Positions 28,764-38,889 of a stretch of DNA of 51,301 bases are shown here, piece after piece (the first letter of the stretch is position 1; every line of letters begins with the position of its first letter). The stretch lies in sequence record SRR22947727_3704; one strand, given 5' to 3'. The notes beneath the pieces were generated by a model. It saw only the letters and a program-made list of their open reading frames with translations. It did not search any database and was not told the origin of the DNA. A program made the translations under genes and the position numbers.

Positions 28764-30092
28764 CTAGCATATATTGTTTTATTTGGGCTTTTATCCTGCT
28801 CTAAAGAAGCATCTCCCAATGTAGAAGTTGAGGAAGACGCCGTTTTTGTAGACCAAGGAACCAGTCTATATGCAGACAATAATACTTTGAATGACGTGTT
28901 GTTTCAGGCGTTTTGGTGGGATTCTTTTAACGACCCTAAAATAGGCGGTTATGCCTCTTTTTACGCTTTTCTTGAAGATCAAATAGTAGCCTTGTCTAAT
29001 GCCCACATAGATGGTATTTGGATGCCACCTTCTAGCGAGGGCGAGGGTATGGGTTACCATCCCAGAAAGTTATTTGACTTTAACTCCCAACACGGAAATA
29101 AAAACGAATTGGTCTCTTTATTGGCTTTAATGAAGTCAAGGAAAATGCATGGAATGGCAGATTTGGTTATAAACCATAGGGTGGGTACAGACACTTGGAA
29201 TGATTTCACGGAGCCCGCATGGTCCTGTGACGCCATATGTATGGACGACGAGGGTTTTACCAATCCCAATGCGTTTGGTTTGGTGCCCTGTGGTGACTTT
29301 GATGAAGGAGAGGGCTGGGGAGGCGCCAGAGACTTAAACCACAAAAGCGAAGAGGTTCAATTGGGGATTAAGGCCTACCTAGCGCAGCTTAAAGCATTGG
29401 GATTTGATTCTTGGAGGTATGACTTTGTAAAAGGTTTTCCTGCTAAATATGTAGGAGAATACAATGCGTCTACCCCTTATTATTTAAGTGTAGGAGAATA
29501 CTGGGATGGCAATCCCAACGCTTTGCGTTCTTGGATAGATAAAACTTCAGAAACCCTCAGCGAAAATGACACTCCAAAGGCTGCAGCCTTTGATTTTTCA
29601 ATAAAATACAAGTTGGCAGAGGCCGTAGTGCAAAAAAAGTATTCCGTGCTTCAAGCCAATCCATCCTTAGCCGCCATAGCAGGCTATGGAGAAAAATCCA
29701 TTACTTTTTTAGACAACCATGATACTGGTTGCATTAACAGAAATGACTGCGACAATGTGTTTTCAAAAAACACCAGTGAATTGATCCAAGGCTATGCTTA
29801 TTTGTTAACCCATCCGGGGATTCCGATGGTGTGGGGCTACCATTACTTTTTTTCAGATTCTTTTGGCTCACTTCAAAAAGAGATCAATGCCCTGATTGCC
29901 ATTAGAAAAGCTTTTGGGGTAAACGCCAATAGCAAGGTAGTGGTGGTTGAAGCCAAAGATGGTGCCTCTGGGTATTATGTGGCCCAGATAGATGAAAACC
30001 TTCTGGTTAAAATTGGCAGTGGCGCATATGTTCCAGACAGCCAATGGAAAGAGACTAGAAAAGCCCTGGCTTATGCTGTTTGGGAAAAGTAA
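28749..30092 (+). CDS. GH13 alpha-amylase lipoprotein, plant-like (GH13_6-like)
   Basis: MKNYAL…LLSC lipobox; DLVINHR, WRYDFVKG, GEYWD and FLDNHD catalytic regions; C-terminal YAVWEK. Confidence 0.88.
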   Translation: MKNYALAYIVLFGLLSCSKEASPNVEVEEDAVFVDQGTSLYADNNTLNDVLFQAFWWDSFNDPKIGGYASFYAFLEDQIVALSNAHIDGIWMPPSSEGEGMGYHPRKLFDFNSQHGNKNELVSLLALMKSRKMHGMADLVINHRVGTDTWNDFTEPAWSCDAICMDDEGFTNPNAFGLVPCGDFDEGEGWGGARDLNHKSEEVQLGIKAYLAQLKALGFDSWRYDFVKGFPAKYVGEYNASTPYYLSVGEYWDGNPNALRSWIDKTSETLSENDTPKAAAFDFSIKYKLAEAVVQKKYSVLQANPSLAAIAGYGEKSITFLDNHDTGCINRNDCDNVFSKNTSELIQGYAYLLTHPGIPMVWGYHYFFSDSFGSLQKEINALIAIRKAFGVNANSKVVVVEAKDGASGYYVAQIDENLLVKIGSGAYVPDSQWKETRKALAYAVWEK

Positions 30093-30116
30093 CAAGATTA
30101 ATTAAAAATAAATACT

Positions 30117-30938
30117 ATGAAAACCAAATTATTAAGTCTAGGCCTTTGCGCACTTGTATTAACAGCTTGTAATTCAAAAAACGAAGAAAAAAAGAAAGCG
30201 TCTGACGCTGAAAAAACCTATCAATTGGTATGGACAGACGAGTTTGACGCGCCAGGACTACCAGATGCAGACAAATGGTTTTTAGAAACAGATGCTCCTG
30301 AAAACGGTGGCTGGTACAACAACGAAAAGCAGCATTATACAGACCGTATTGAAAACGCTGAGGTCAGTGATGGAACCCTTAAGATTATTGCTAAAAAGGA
30401 GTCTTACACCCATAATGGAAGTACACAGGAATTTACCTCTGCCAGGTTTAATTCTAAATTTCACTTCACTTATGGCAAAGTAGAAGTAAGGGCCAAATTG
30501 CCTAGAATGCAAGGTACTTGGCCAGCTATTTGGGCTTTGGGAACCAATTTGCCAGAAGTAGGTTGGCCTGCATGTGGGGAAATAGACATGATGGAGCAAT
30601 TGTTCGAGAACCATTTAATGGTACAGTCTGCGGTTCACGTAGCGGGTAGGTATGGAGATTATCCTGCCTTAAAGCAATTGTCGGTTTCAGATGTAACAGA
30701 GAATTTTCATGTATATGGCATGATTTGGACAGAAGATAAAATAGACTTTACGGTAGACGGAGAAGTGTTTTTCACCTACCAACCTGCGGACAGAAGCAAT
30801 GACTTTTGGCCTTTTAACAAAGACCAGTACTTGCTTTTAAATGTTGCCCTTGGGGGTAGTTTGGGCGGAGACATTACGCCAGACTTTACGCAAGACCAGA
30901 TGGAAGTGGATTATGTGAGGGTGTACCAGCTTCAATAG
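30117..30938 (+). CDS. GH16 beta-glucanase lipoprotein (laminarinase-like)
   Basis: LVWTDEFD, WPAIWAL, WPACGEIDMME (ExDxxE), VDYVRVYQ; lipobox LTAC. Confidence 0.9.
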   Translation: MKTKLLSLGLCALVLTACNSKNEEKKKASDAEKTYQLVWTDEFDAPGLPDADKWFLETDAPENGGWYNNEKQHYTDRIENAEVSDGTLKIIAKKESYTHNGSTQEFTSARFNSKFHFTYGKVEVRAKLPRMQGTWPAIWALGTNLPEVGWPACGEIDMMEQLFENHLMVQSAVHVAGRYGDYPALKQLSVSDVTENFHVYGMIWTEDKIDFTVDGEVFFTYQPADRSNDFWPFNKDQYLLLNVALGGSLGGDITPDFTQDQMEVDYVRVYQLQ

Positions 30939-30951
30939 TATTTCTTTACTT

Positions 30952-30990
30952 TATTAAAAAAGCCATTCCTGAGGAATGGCTTTTTTAATA
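30952..30990. terminator. Bidirectional intrinsic terminator
   Basis: TATTAAAAAAGCCATTCCT-G-AGGAATGGCTTTTTTAATA between convergent genes. Confidence 0.9.
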
Positions 30991-31004
30991 TTACGGCTTT
31001 TTAA

Positions 31005-32024
31005 TTACAATGACTTTAAGAATTTGATCACACCATTAAAGTATGTTTCTTGGTCGTCGTATAATGCCATATGACTCCCTTTAGGACAGTGTAAATAGCT
31101 TCCATTTTGAACCATTTCACTCATTTCTTTCATGGCTTTTGGATCCATAGTGTCGTATTCAGCTCCAATAGTTAGGGTAGGAATAGTGATTTTATTTAAA
31201 TCACTAGTTCGGTCCCACTCTTTTAGAACAGCATCTCCGACTACGCCAAATTCGCTGGGTCCTTGCATTTTTAGGTAAAGAGGATAATTCATGTTTGCAA
31301 AAGCCCTAAGGACTGGGTTAGGCCATTCACTAGGATTCATTCTCAATACATGTTCTGGATAATAGTGTTCCTCTATTAGTCCTAAATACGCGGGATTAGT
31401 ATAGTCTTCATTGGCTTCAAAATTTTCAATTTCAGCCAGAACTTCTGGAGGTAACTGCGGCCCTAAAACTTCTTTGGCATAGGTTACATAATCAGGGATG
31501 GAACCCATCATATTTGAGACAATAAGCGCTTTCATATTGTGTTGGTATTTTAAGGCGTATTCAATACCTAAAATGCCCCCCCATGAATGGCCTAATATAA
31601 CAAAATTTGAAGCGTCTAGTTGTAGGGCTTTTCTAACTTGTTCTACCTCTTCAACAAAACTGTCTATATTCCAAAGTCTTTCGTCATTTGGATTGTCGCT
31701 TTTTCCAGATCCCATTTGATCGTAGTAATAATATTCTACATTTCCCTGAGGGAAATACGAATCTGCAGCTTCAAAATATTCGCTGGTTGCTCCAGGACCA
31801 CCATGCAATAAAAGTACTTTTGTAGTGGGATTATTACCGACTCTTTTGGTCCACACATTGAAAGTGCCCAGGGCGGTTTCTATTGGAATTATTTTGGTTC
31901 CTCCAGAAAACTTGGATTCTGACGTGGAATAGTCATAGTAAGTGTTCTCTTGGGGAGTTACTTCTTTGTTATTGCATGACATGCAAATCAAGACGGCGCT
32001 CAATAGTGCTAATTTAAATTTCAT
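31005..32024 (-). CDS. Proline iminopeptidase-family alpha/beta hydrolase, lipoprotein
   Basis: LHGGPG, YDQMGSG, GHSWGG nucleophile elbow, YDTM, GSH; lipobox CMSC. Confidence 0.88.
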   Translation of the reverse strand: MKFKLALLSAVLICMSCNNKEVTPQENTYYDYSTSESKFSGGTKIIPIETALGTFNVWTKRVGNNPTTKVLLLHGGPGATSEYFEAADSYFPQGNVEYYYYDQMGSGKSDNPNDERLWNIDSFVEEVEQVRKALQLDASNFVILGHSWGGILGIEYALKYQHNMKALIVSNMMGSIPDYVTYAKEVLGPQLPPEVLAEIENFEANEDYTNPAYLGLIEEHYYPEHVLRMNPSEWPNPVLRAFANMNYPLYLKMQGPSEFGVVGDAVLKEWDRTSDLNKITIPTLTIGAEYDTMDPKAMKEMSEMVQNGSYLHCPKGSHMALYDDQETYFNGVIKFLKSL

Positions 32025-32175
32025 TTTATTAAGTGTTAAGTTGATGATACTAAAATTAATAAAAAATTAAATTTAATTGCATATTACAACAATAAATTTG
32101 AATTGCTTCATTTCAATCATTTATGTATGAATTTTTCTTATTTTTGCATCTGATATTTTTAATAAGATTTGTGTT

Positions 32176-32610
32176 ATGTTAGATTTTGAATTTAGATCAC
32201 ACTGTCCAATCTCTAGTGCTCTAGATATTTTTGGTGATAAGTGGTCTTTGGTAATAATTAGAGATTTGTTTATTGGCAGAAACACCTATTCTGATTTCTT
32301 GAAATCTCCTGAAAAAATCTCTACTAATATTTTAGTAGATAGAATTAAAAAATTGAGGAGTCATGGAATTTTAGAGTTCAAAAGAGACGTAAATGACAAT
32401 AAGATAAAGTACTATTATTTAACGGATAGTGGCATAGATTTATTTCCAATGATAATGAATTTATCATTGTGGTCTCGCAAACATTTACATGTTGAACCAG
32501 GTCCATTTTCTAAGAGAGATTATGCATTAATTGAATTAAATGGGTTAGATTCATTCTTAAAAGAGACTACATCAAAATATATTAAAACTAGGGAGACTAT
32601 TTTAAATTAA
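32176..32610 (+). CDS. HxlR-family winged-helix transcriptional regulator
   Basis: RSHCPISSALDIFGDKWSLVIIRDL, ISTNILVDR, YYLTDSG. Confidence 0.9.
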   Translation: MLDFEFRSHCPISSALDIFGDKWSLVIIRDLFIGRNTYSDFLKSPEKISTNILVDRIKKLRSHGILEFKRDVNDNKIKYYYLTDSGIDLFPMIMNLSLWSRKHLHVEPGPFSKRDYALIELNGLDSFLKETTSKYIKTRETILN

Positions 32611-32630
32611 AAAGTCCAGTAATACCTTAA

Positions 32631-32671
32631 TAATAAAGAAAGCCATTCATAAGGAATGGCTTTCTTTATTA
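32631..32671. terminator. Bidirectional intrinsic terminator
   Basis: TAATAAAGAAAGCCATTC-ATAAG-GAATGGCTTTCTTTATTA between the convergent HxlR gene and ppc. Confidence 0.88.
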
Positions 32672-35221
32672 AGCGGAGTTTCTACTCGCGTTAATATTTC
32701 CGTATAAAGATCGGGTGACAATCTTTTCATAGATTTCTTTTAGCGGCGCATTTTGCCCTATTTTTTGAAGGGCGTATTGTTGGATCACCAATAACGGAAG
32801 GACTATATTTTCCCGGATCAGTACAGATTCTCTTGAAACAGCTTCTTTTTCCATGAGAATATTTAAGCCAGAAATGAGGAGTAATTTTTCTTTGGATAGG
32901 GTGTATTCGTCGTGAAGTATCTGCCAGAAATCGCCATACTCTGGGTCTTCTTTCATATAGCTGGTGAGTTCAAAATAACATTTGGCTAAAGCCATCATAC
33001 TGTTTTGCATGAGTGCTTTAAAATAAGGCACTTCTTTAAACATCTCCTGTAGTTCTCCCAGTTTGCCCTCTGCCTCTAAAGAAGCAATGGCAGAACCAAT
33101 ACCAAAGTAGCCGGGGACATTTTGCTTGAGTTGGCTCCAAGAACCAACAAAAGAAATGGCCCTTAGATCAGAGAGCTCTAATTTGGCTTTTTGGCCTCTT
33201 TTTCCTGGCCTTGAGCCAATATTTGCTTTGGTATAATATTTAAGGGTACTCCTATTTTCTAAATAAGGCATGAATTTAGGATGCTGTTTTAAAGCGTCGT
33301 ATTTGGTAAAACTTCTTTCGGACAGTGTTTCCATAAGCGCTCTGTGGGCGATTGAAATGGTGTTTTCCTTGCCAAAAATATTGTTAGACAATCCAGCGGT
33401 TAAGAGTTGCTCACAATTATATACAAACTGGTCTCTAGTACCATAAGTACTGGTAATGGTCTGTCCTTGAATGGTCAGTTGTATCTCATTATTGGCAATT
33501 TCTTTGGTTTGTGCAGCATAAAATCTATGTGTTTTTCCACCACCTCTTGCTGGAGGTCCACCACGGCCGTCAAAAAAGACCGCGCTTACGTCGTATTGCT
33601 TACAAACGCTTGTTAGGTTTTCTTTGGTTTTTAGAATAGACCAATTGGCTTTCACATAGCCTCCATCTTTTGTTCCATCTGAGAAACCAAGCATGATGGT
33701 GTGTTTATTCCCCCTCTTTTTAACGTGCTGCATATAGGCAGTTGTCTGAAAGAGCTCTTGCATGCTTTGTTCAGAAGTGTCCATGCCGTGCATGGTTTCA
33801 AAAAGGGGGACAATGTCAAAATGAATGTCTGCTTCTTTGTATCCGGACCACCTAAATAAAGCCCAAACAAATAAAACAGAAAATTTATCCTCTGAATTAC
33901 TAATAATATACCTATTGCAACCGTCTTGACCGTTCTTGGCTTGAATGTTTTTGAGGTTTCTGATATTTTTTAAGGTATCTGAAACGAGTGCATCTTCAAA
34001 TTCATCAGGGGCCACTTCTAGATCTAAATGGAGTAATTTATCGGTGAGTGCCTCAGGGGATAGTTCCTCTAAAGACTCCTTTATAATACCGGCATGTTTT
34101 AAAATAGCCGTGATACTATTGAAATGAATGCTGTGGTCTTGTCTTATGTCTAAAGTGGCAAAGTGGGTTTTAAAGATCTTGACTTTATCTATTAAAGCGT
34201 CTAGATCTTTTAAATATAAACCAAAGTATTTAGAGACTAAGAGGTCTTTGATTTTCTGGAGTTCTCCAATCAAAAAGTCATAAGGCACTAAGGCATTAGC
34301 GTCAAACATACTGTCGTACAATGCTTTTCTAAGGCCTATTAAGGGCTCTTGAAGCGCTGTAAAACTTAATTTTTGATGCAGGGCTTTCAGGTCTTTGTAG
34401 TAACACTTCATGAGCGTGGTCCTTAATTCATCTGCTACCTGATCCGTCATTTCCGTAGTGACAAATGGGTTACCATCCCTATCTCCACCTGGCCAGAAGC
34501 CTAATTTAACAATATTATAATTGTTGAAATCTACTTGTGGGATATTTGTTTTAATATATGAAAAAAGGTCTCCAATGGCGTCATAATACACATTTCTTAA
34601 AATATGTATGATGTTTTTTGCCTCGTCTAAAGGAGTGGGTTTTTTACTGTTTAGCAAAGAGGTCAGCCCCAATTGTTGCAAACTCTTGTCTATTTCCGTG
34701 ATATTATTCTCTACAATGAGCTTGCGCAAATCTGTCATAATATCTAAAACAGCTGGCGTATAGAATTGGGTGGGGTGTGCCGTTAGTATAATACGGGCAC
34801 TGAAGTTGGAGAGTTTCTCCGCTACCTCATCCCAACTCTTGTTTTTATCAATAATTTGAAAATAATCTTTTATACTCAGAGAAGAACTATGCTTGTGAAG
34901 CTTAGGGAATGCTGCATCTTCCACACTGTCATAAAGCACCACCTGACGTTCCACATACTGGATAATACGAAACATAAAATCTATCTGTGATTCTTCTGTG
35001 GTGAGTCCGGCATAATCTTTAAAAAAACCTTCCAAAATTTGCTGTGGGTTTTTTCCAGCTTCCAAACCTTTTTTGCTCTGGTCTAATAGAAGTGGAATAA
35101 GCATACCTACATTTTCAATATTGCGGTAAGGGAGATTTAGAAAAAGGCTATTGTATACGTTAAACGTATTATTCACTGTTTTTTTAAATACTTCTAGGCG
35201 CTGTTGTTGCATGAGGGTCAA
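32669..35221 (-). CDS. ppc: Phosphoenolpyruvate carboxylase
   Basis: LTAHPTQ, GGDRDGNP, PLFET, MLGFSDGTKDGG, GRGGPPARGG, NIGSRP, LRAI, RNSA end. Confidence 0.95.
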   Translation of the reverse strand: MTLMQQQRLEVFKKTVNNTFNVYNSLFLNLPYRNIENVGMLIPLLLDQSKKGLEAGKNPQQILEGFFKDYAGLTTEESQIDFMFRIIQYVERQVVLYDSVEDAAFPKLHKHSSSLSIKDYFQIIDKNKSWDEVAEKLSNFSARIILTAHPTQFYTPAVLDIMTDLRKLIVENNITEIDKSLQQLGLTSLLNSKKPTPLDEAKNIIHILRNVYYDAIGDLFSYIKTNIPQVDFNNYNIVKLGFWPGGDRDGNPFVTTEMTDQVADELRTTLMKCYYKDLKALHQKLSFTALQEPLIGLRKALYDSMFDANALVPYDFLIGELQKIKDLLVSKYFGLYLKDLDALIDKVKIFKTHFATLDIRQDHSIHFNSITAILKHAGIIKESLEELSPEALTDKLLHLDLEVAPDEFEDALVSDTLKNIRNLKNIQAKNGQDGCNRYIISNSEDKFSVLFVWALFRWSGYKEADIHFDIVPLFETMHGMDTSEQSMQELFQTTAYMQHVKKRGNKHTIMLGFSDGTKDGGYVKANWSILKTKENLTSVCKQYDVSAVFFDGRGGPPARGGGKTHRFYAAQTKEIANNEIQLTIQGQTITSTYGTRDQFVYNCEQLLTAGLSNNIFGKENTISIAHRALMETLSERSFTKYDALKQHPKFMPYLENRSTLKYYTKANIGSRPGKRGQKAKLELSDLRAISFVGSWSQLKQNVPGYFGIGSAIASLEAEGKLGELQEMFKEVPYFKALMQNSMMALAKCYFELTSYMKEDPEYGDFWQILHDEYTLSKEKLLLISGLNILMEKEAVSRESVLIRENIVLPLLVIQQYALQKIGQNAPLKEIYEKIVTRSLYGNINASRNSA

Positions 35222-35350
35222 TTTAAATTATACCGATTGTGATCATTTTAACACCTCATAAATATCGGCATTATAAGGACATTGCGACTGGTTTGAGTCG
35301 CTATTTAACAAAATGAAAATTAAGGGTGTTATTTATGGGTAATTTCGCAA

Positions 35351-36244
35351 TTAAATGAACCCCTGGATATGTTTTTTGAAATAGCTTGCACTCTCTGCCA
35401 CACTTTCCATGGAGTTCACCGCAAAATTCCCACCCTGTTCTATATAGTAACGCTCTAATCCAGCGGTTTTGGCATTGGGAAGGACTTTGGTATAATCTAT
35501 AGACCCATTACCAAGCTCCGTATAGTCTCTGGTCACTTTATCCATATCTTTAATATGCCACAATGGAAACCTTCCTGGAGCTTTTTCTATAAGTGCTTTA
35601 GGGGAAATGACGCCAGCACGCATGACCCAATAAAAATCTACTTCTATTTTAACCAAATCTGGATCAGTTTCTTCTAGTACCCAATCCATACCTGTTTTGT
35701 CACCATAGGTATTAAAGTCATAGCCAAAATTGTGGTAGGCCAATTTTAGGCCTGCGGCCGACACCTGAGCGCCTATCGCATTCAATTTTTGCACCAATAG
35801 GGCGTAGCCTTCTAAATTGTGGTAAGCGTCTCCTAGCTTTGGCCAAGTAATATAGTGATCTCCCAGTGCTTTAGCCCCTTCAATACAAGCGTCTACATAG
35901 TTTTTTAGGTCTTTTCCTGAAGCCTCCATAAGTCCAGGAAGTCCATAATGACCTGTATAAGTACTCAATTCAAGGTCTTCTAAAATAGTCTTGAATTCGT
36001 TGGCACTATACCCATAGTAGGTTTTGTTCACCGTGTCAAAGCCATAACTCTCAAAATCCGAATATCCCATGGCTTTTAATTTTTTAAGGGTGCCTACGGG
36101 ATCTTTGGCCATAAAATCTCTTACCGTGTATAGTTGGAGTCCTAAAGGAAAAGAAGTATTAGAAAATGACACCACACAACTGCTCGGTATTAAAGCGAGT
36201 GCCGCTAATGCACTGCTTTGCTTTAAAAATGTATTTCTGTTCAT
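35351..36244 (-). CDS. Sugar phosphate isomerase/epimerase family TIM-barrel protein, Tat-like signal
   Basis: GLQLYTVRD, AYHN, EVDFYW, WHIKD, ELGNGSID, IEQ; MNRNTFLK start. Confidence 0.85.
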   Translation of the reverse strand: MNRNTFLKQSSALAALALIPSSCVVSFSNTSFPLGLQLYTVRDFMAKDPVGTLKKLKAMGYSDFESYGFDTVNKTYYGYSANEFKTILEDLELSTYTGHYGLPGLMEASGKDLKNYVDACIEGAKALGDHYITWPKLGDAYHNLEGYALLVQKLNAIGAQVSAAGLKLAYHNFGYDFNTYGDKTGMDWVLEETDPDLVKIEVDFYWVMRAGVISPKALIEKAPGRFPLWHIKDMDKVTRDYTELGNGSIDYTKVLPNAKTAGLERYYIEQGGNFAVNSMESVAESASYFKKHIQGFI

Positions 36245-36319
36245 TTAAAAGGTATTGGTCCATTAAATGTAATAAATTAATAATAAGCTAAGGTGAAGCC
36301 TTTTGTGTTTTAATCTTTT

Positions 36320-36335
36320 ATCGTAATATTGCAAT
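36320..36335. promoter_or_regulatory. Probable ArsR operator
   Basis: Imperfect palindrome ATCGTAAT|ATTGCAAT ending 16 nt before arsR, overlapping a TTTG…TAATATTG promoter-like element. Confidence 0.55.
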
Positions 36336-36351
36336 ATATTAATATATAAAA

Positions 36352-36684
36352 ATGGGAATCACTAAAACAGCTATCTTTACGGATCAAGACAATACCCTTG
36401 CCGCAATAGCAAAAGCCTTAGCACATCCTGCTAGAATTGCTATTTTAAAGCATTTAATTAAACAGGACAGCTGTATTTGTGGGGACTTGGTGTTGGAGAT
36501 TGGTTTGGCCCAACCCACTATTTCTCAACACTTAAGCGTCTTAAAGCAAACCGGTCTTATCAAGGGAAATATTTCAGGCACCAGTGTTTGTTACTGTATA
36601 GACACAGAGGCTTGGCAGCAGGCAAACCAGACTTTTTCCGGTCTATTTGCTGCAGGAATGCCTACCTCCAATGATTGTTGTTAA
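36352..36684 (+). CDS. arsR: ArsR/SmtB-family metalloregulator
   Basis: KALAHPARI, CICGDLV, QPTISQHL; C-terminal CC. Confidence 0.92.
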   Translation: MGITKTAIFTDQDNTLAAIAKALAHPARIAILKHLIKQDSCICGDLVLEIGLAQPTISQHLSVLKQTGLIKGNISGTSVCYCIDTEAWQQANQTFSGLFAAGMPTSNDCC

Positions 36685-36699
36685 TTTAACACATATACC

Positions 36700-37164
36700 A
36701 TGACACTATTAGCATTTATAAACGAATTAAAAAAAATGGAAACAATTGGGTTTCAATTGCCCAATGGCACCTTTGTGCCTCCTTATTTTCATGTCACTGA
36801 AGTAGGGAAAGTGACTAGAGACTTTGTAGACTGTGGTGGAACCATGCGTTCTAATTCAGTGGTTAATTTTCAACTTTGGTCTGCCGAAGATTACGACCAC
36901 AGACTTCATCCTGAAAAACTAATTTCCATTATAGAGATGGCGCAAAAAGCCTTGGCTATTGGAGACCTTCCTATTGAAGTTGAATTTCAGGGACAAACCA
37001 TAGAAACCTATGGGATAGCCACTCATGGAAGTCATTTTTTGCTCACCGCTAAGGCCACCGATTGTTTGGCTAAAGACAACTGTGGCATTCCTACAGACAA
37101 ACCAAAACTAAGCCTTTCAGAGATGAACAAGAACGCATGTACACCAGGGAGTGGATGTTGTTAA
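36700..37164 (+). CDS. DUF6428-like protein of Bacteroidota ars operons
   Basis: FHVTEVG, DCGG, DYDHRL, TDCLAKDNCG, CTPGSGCC. Confidence 0.75.
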   Translation: MTLLAFINELKKMETIGFQLPNGTFVPPYFHVTEVGKVTRDFVDCGGTMRSNSVVNFQLWSAEDYDHRLHPEKLISIIEMAQKALAIGDLPIEVEFQGQTIETYGIATHGSHFLLTAKATDCLAKDNCGIPTDKPKLSLSEMNKNACTPGSGCC

Positions 37165-37175
37165 TTATAAATAGC

Positions 37176-37784
37176 ATGAACACCCTATTATACAAAACTA
37201 TTGAGGCCTTAGACTTGAATACGCTCTCTGAAGAGCGAAAAAACATCTTAGACCTATTGGTCGTTTTTATTCAAGAAAAGAAAACGGCACAAGCACTAGT
37301 AAAACTTCATTTTATTTGCACTCACAACTCTAGGCGAAGTCATTTTTCGCAAATTTGGGCCCAGGCTATGGCGGCCTATCATAAAGTGCCTCATGTGTTG
37401 TGTTATTCTGGGGGTACTGAAGCAACCGCTTTATATCCTATGATAATTAAAACCTTAGCAGCACAAGGTTTTGACATTTACCCTATCGCTGAGGGCGAAA
37501 ACCCCATCTATGCTATTCACTATTCGGAAAGGTCCCTACCGCTCATAGGTTTTTCAAAAAAAATAGATCATCCTTTAAACCCTTCCAAAGACTTTGCGGC
37601 CATTATGACTTGCGACGCAGCAGACCAAGGCTGTCCTTTTATTGCTGGGGCAGAAAAGCGAATTGGACTGACCTTTAAAGACCCAAAAATCTCCGATGGC
37701 AGTCCACAGCAAGAAAGGGTTTACAGGGAGCGCAGTATTCAGATAGCCACAGAACTTAAATATGTATTTTCTCGAATTTCCTAA
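37176..37784 (+). CDS. arsC: Arsenate reductase-like LMW protein-tyrosine-phosphatase fold protein
   Basis: FICTHNSRRS P-loop, SGGTE, MTC…GCP, DPK; ATG at 37176 follows the upstream stop. Confidence 0.8.
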   Translation: MNTLLYKTIEALDLNTLSEERKNILDLLVVFIQEKKTAQALVKLHFICTHNSRRSHFSQIWAQAMAAYHKVPHVLCYSGGTEATALYPMIIKTLAAQGFDIYPIAEGENPIYAIHYSERSLPLIGFSKKIDHPLNPSKDFAAIMTCDAADQGCPFIAGAEKRIGLTFKDPKISDGSPQQERVYRERSIQIATELKYVFSRIS

Positions 37785-37787
37785 GCC

Positions 37788-38819
37788 ATGAAAAAGCAAT
37801 TATCCTTTTTAGACCAATACCTAAGTTTTTGGATTTTTTTAGCCATGGGTATGGGTGTGGGGATTGGGTATTTATTTCCCTATTTCCCTATTTTTATTAA
37901 TGATTTAAGTGTAGGAACAACTAATATTCCCATAGCGATTGGACTCATTGTAATGATGTACCCGCCACTCGCCAAAGTCAATTATGCCCTCTTGCCTAAA
38001 GTATTTCAAAACGTAAAAATCTTAGGGGTATCCCTTTTATTAAATTGGGTGGTAGGTCCTATTTTGATGTTTGTATTGGCGTTAACATTCCTCCAAGAGT
38101 ATCCAGAATATATGGTGGGACTCATCTTAATTGGCTTGGCCAGGTGTATTGCCATGGTACTCGTTTGGAATGACTTGGCAGAAGGAAGTGCTGAATACGG
38201 TGCAGGACTGGTGGCTTTGAATAGTGTTTTTCAGGTATTTGCCTATTCTTTTTATGCTTGGTTGTTTATTACCGTTTTGCCGCCATACTTTGGATTTGAA
38301 GGGGCTATAGTAGACATATCCATAGGTGTTATTGCAGAATCTGTACTGATTTATTTAGGGTTTCCTTTTTTGATGGGCTTTTTGAGTAGAAAAATTTTAG
38401 TACCGAGAAAGGGTCTGGACTGGTATGAGAAAAAATTCATTCCTAGCATCTCTCCAGGGACACTTATTGCGCTATTGTTCACCATTGTGGTCATGTTTTC
38501 ATTAAAAGGGGCGCTCATTGTGACTATTCCTTTAGATGTTCTAGTAATAGCATTTCCGTTACTCATTTATTTTAGCCTCATGTTTGTGATTGGCTTTTTT
38601 GTGACCAAAGCAGCAGGAGGAACCTATGACAAAACTGCAGCGGTGGCCTTCACCGCAGCCGGGAACAATTTTGAGTTGGCTATAGCCGTTGCTATAGGGG
38701 TTTTTGGATTAAATTCAGGCCAAGCATTTGCGGGTGTTATTGGCCCTTTGGTAGAAGTGCCTGCACTCATACTTCTGGTCAGGGTTTCTTTTTGGCTTAA
38801 GGCCAGATTCTTTAAATAG
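37788..38819 (+). CDS. acr3: Acr3-family arsenite efflux transporter
   Basis: [35 protein letters not shown]. Confidence 0.95.
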   Translation: MKKQLSFLDQYLSFWIFLAMGMGVGIGYLFPYFPIFINDLSVGTTNIPIAIGLIVMMYPPLAKVNYALLPKVFQNVKILGVSLLLNWVVGPILMFVLALTFLQEYPEYMVGLILIGLARCIAMVLVWNDLAEGSAEYGAGLVALNSVFQVFAYSFYAWLFITVLPPYFGFEGAIVDISIGVIAESVLIYLGFPFLMGFLSRKILVPRKGLDWYEKKFIPSISPGTLIALLFTIVVMFSLKGALIVTIPLDVLVIAFPLLIYFSLMFVIGFFVTKAAGGTYDKTAAVAFTAAGNNFELAIAVAIGVFGLNSGQAFAGVIGPLVEVPALILLVRVSFWLKARFFK

Positions 38820-38889
38820 AACCATTCTACGTTTCTTTTCACCCTTAAAAGGCTTAGATATATGTATTTTAGCTCTTTAAACTTACCTG

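Noticed and set aside
32669..35221. ppc as a novelty
   Set aside because: An ordinary anaplerotic enzyme, common in marine flavobacteria
35249..35331. Possible structured RNA before ppc (GCGACT/AGTCGC hairpin inside TAACACC/GGTGTTA)
   Set aside because: Stems are only 6-7 bp, there is no U tract, and it resembles no riboswitch I know; could be chance
37137..37175. Upstream start for arsC
   Set aside because: Overlaps the DUF6428-like gene; ATG 37176 follows its stop cleanly
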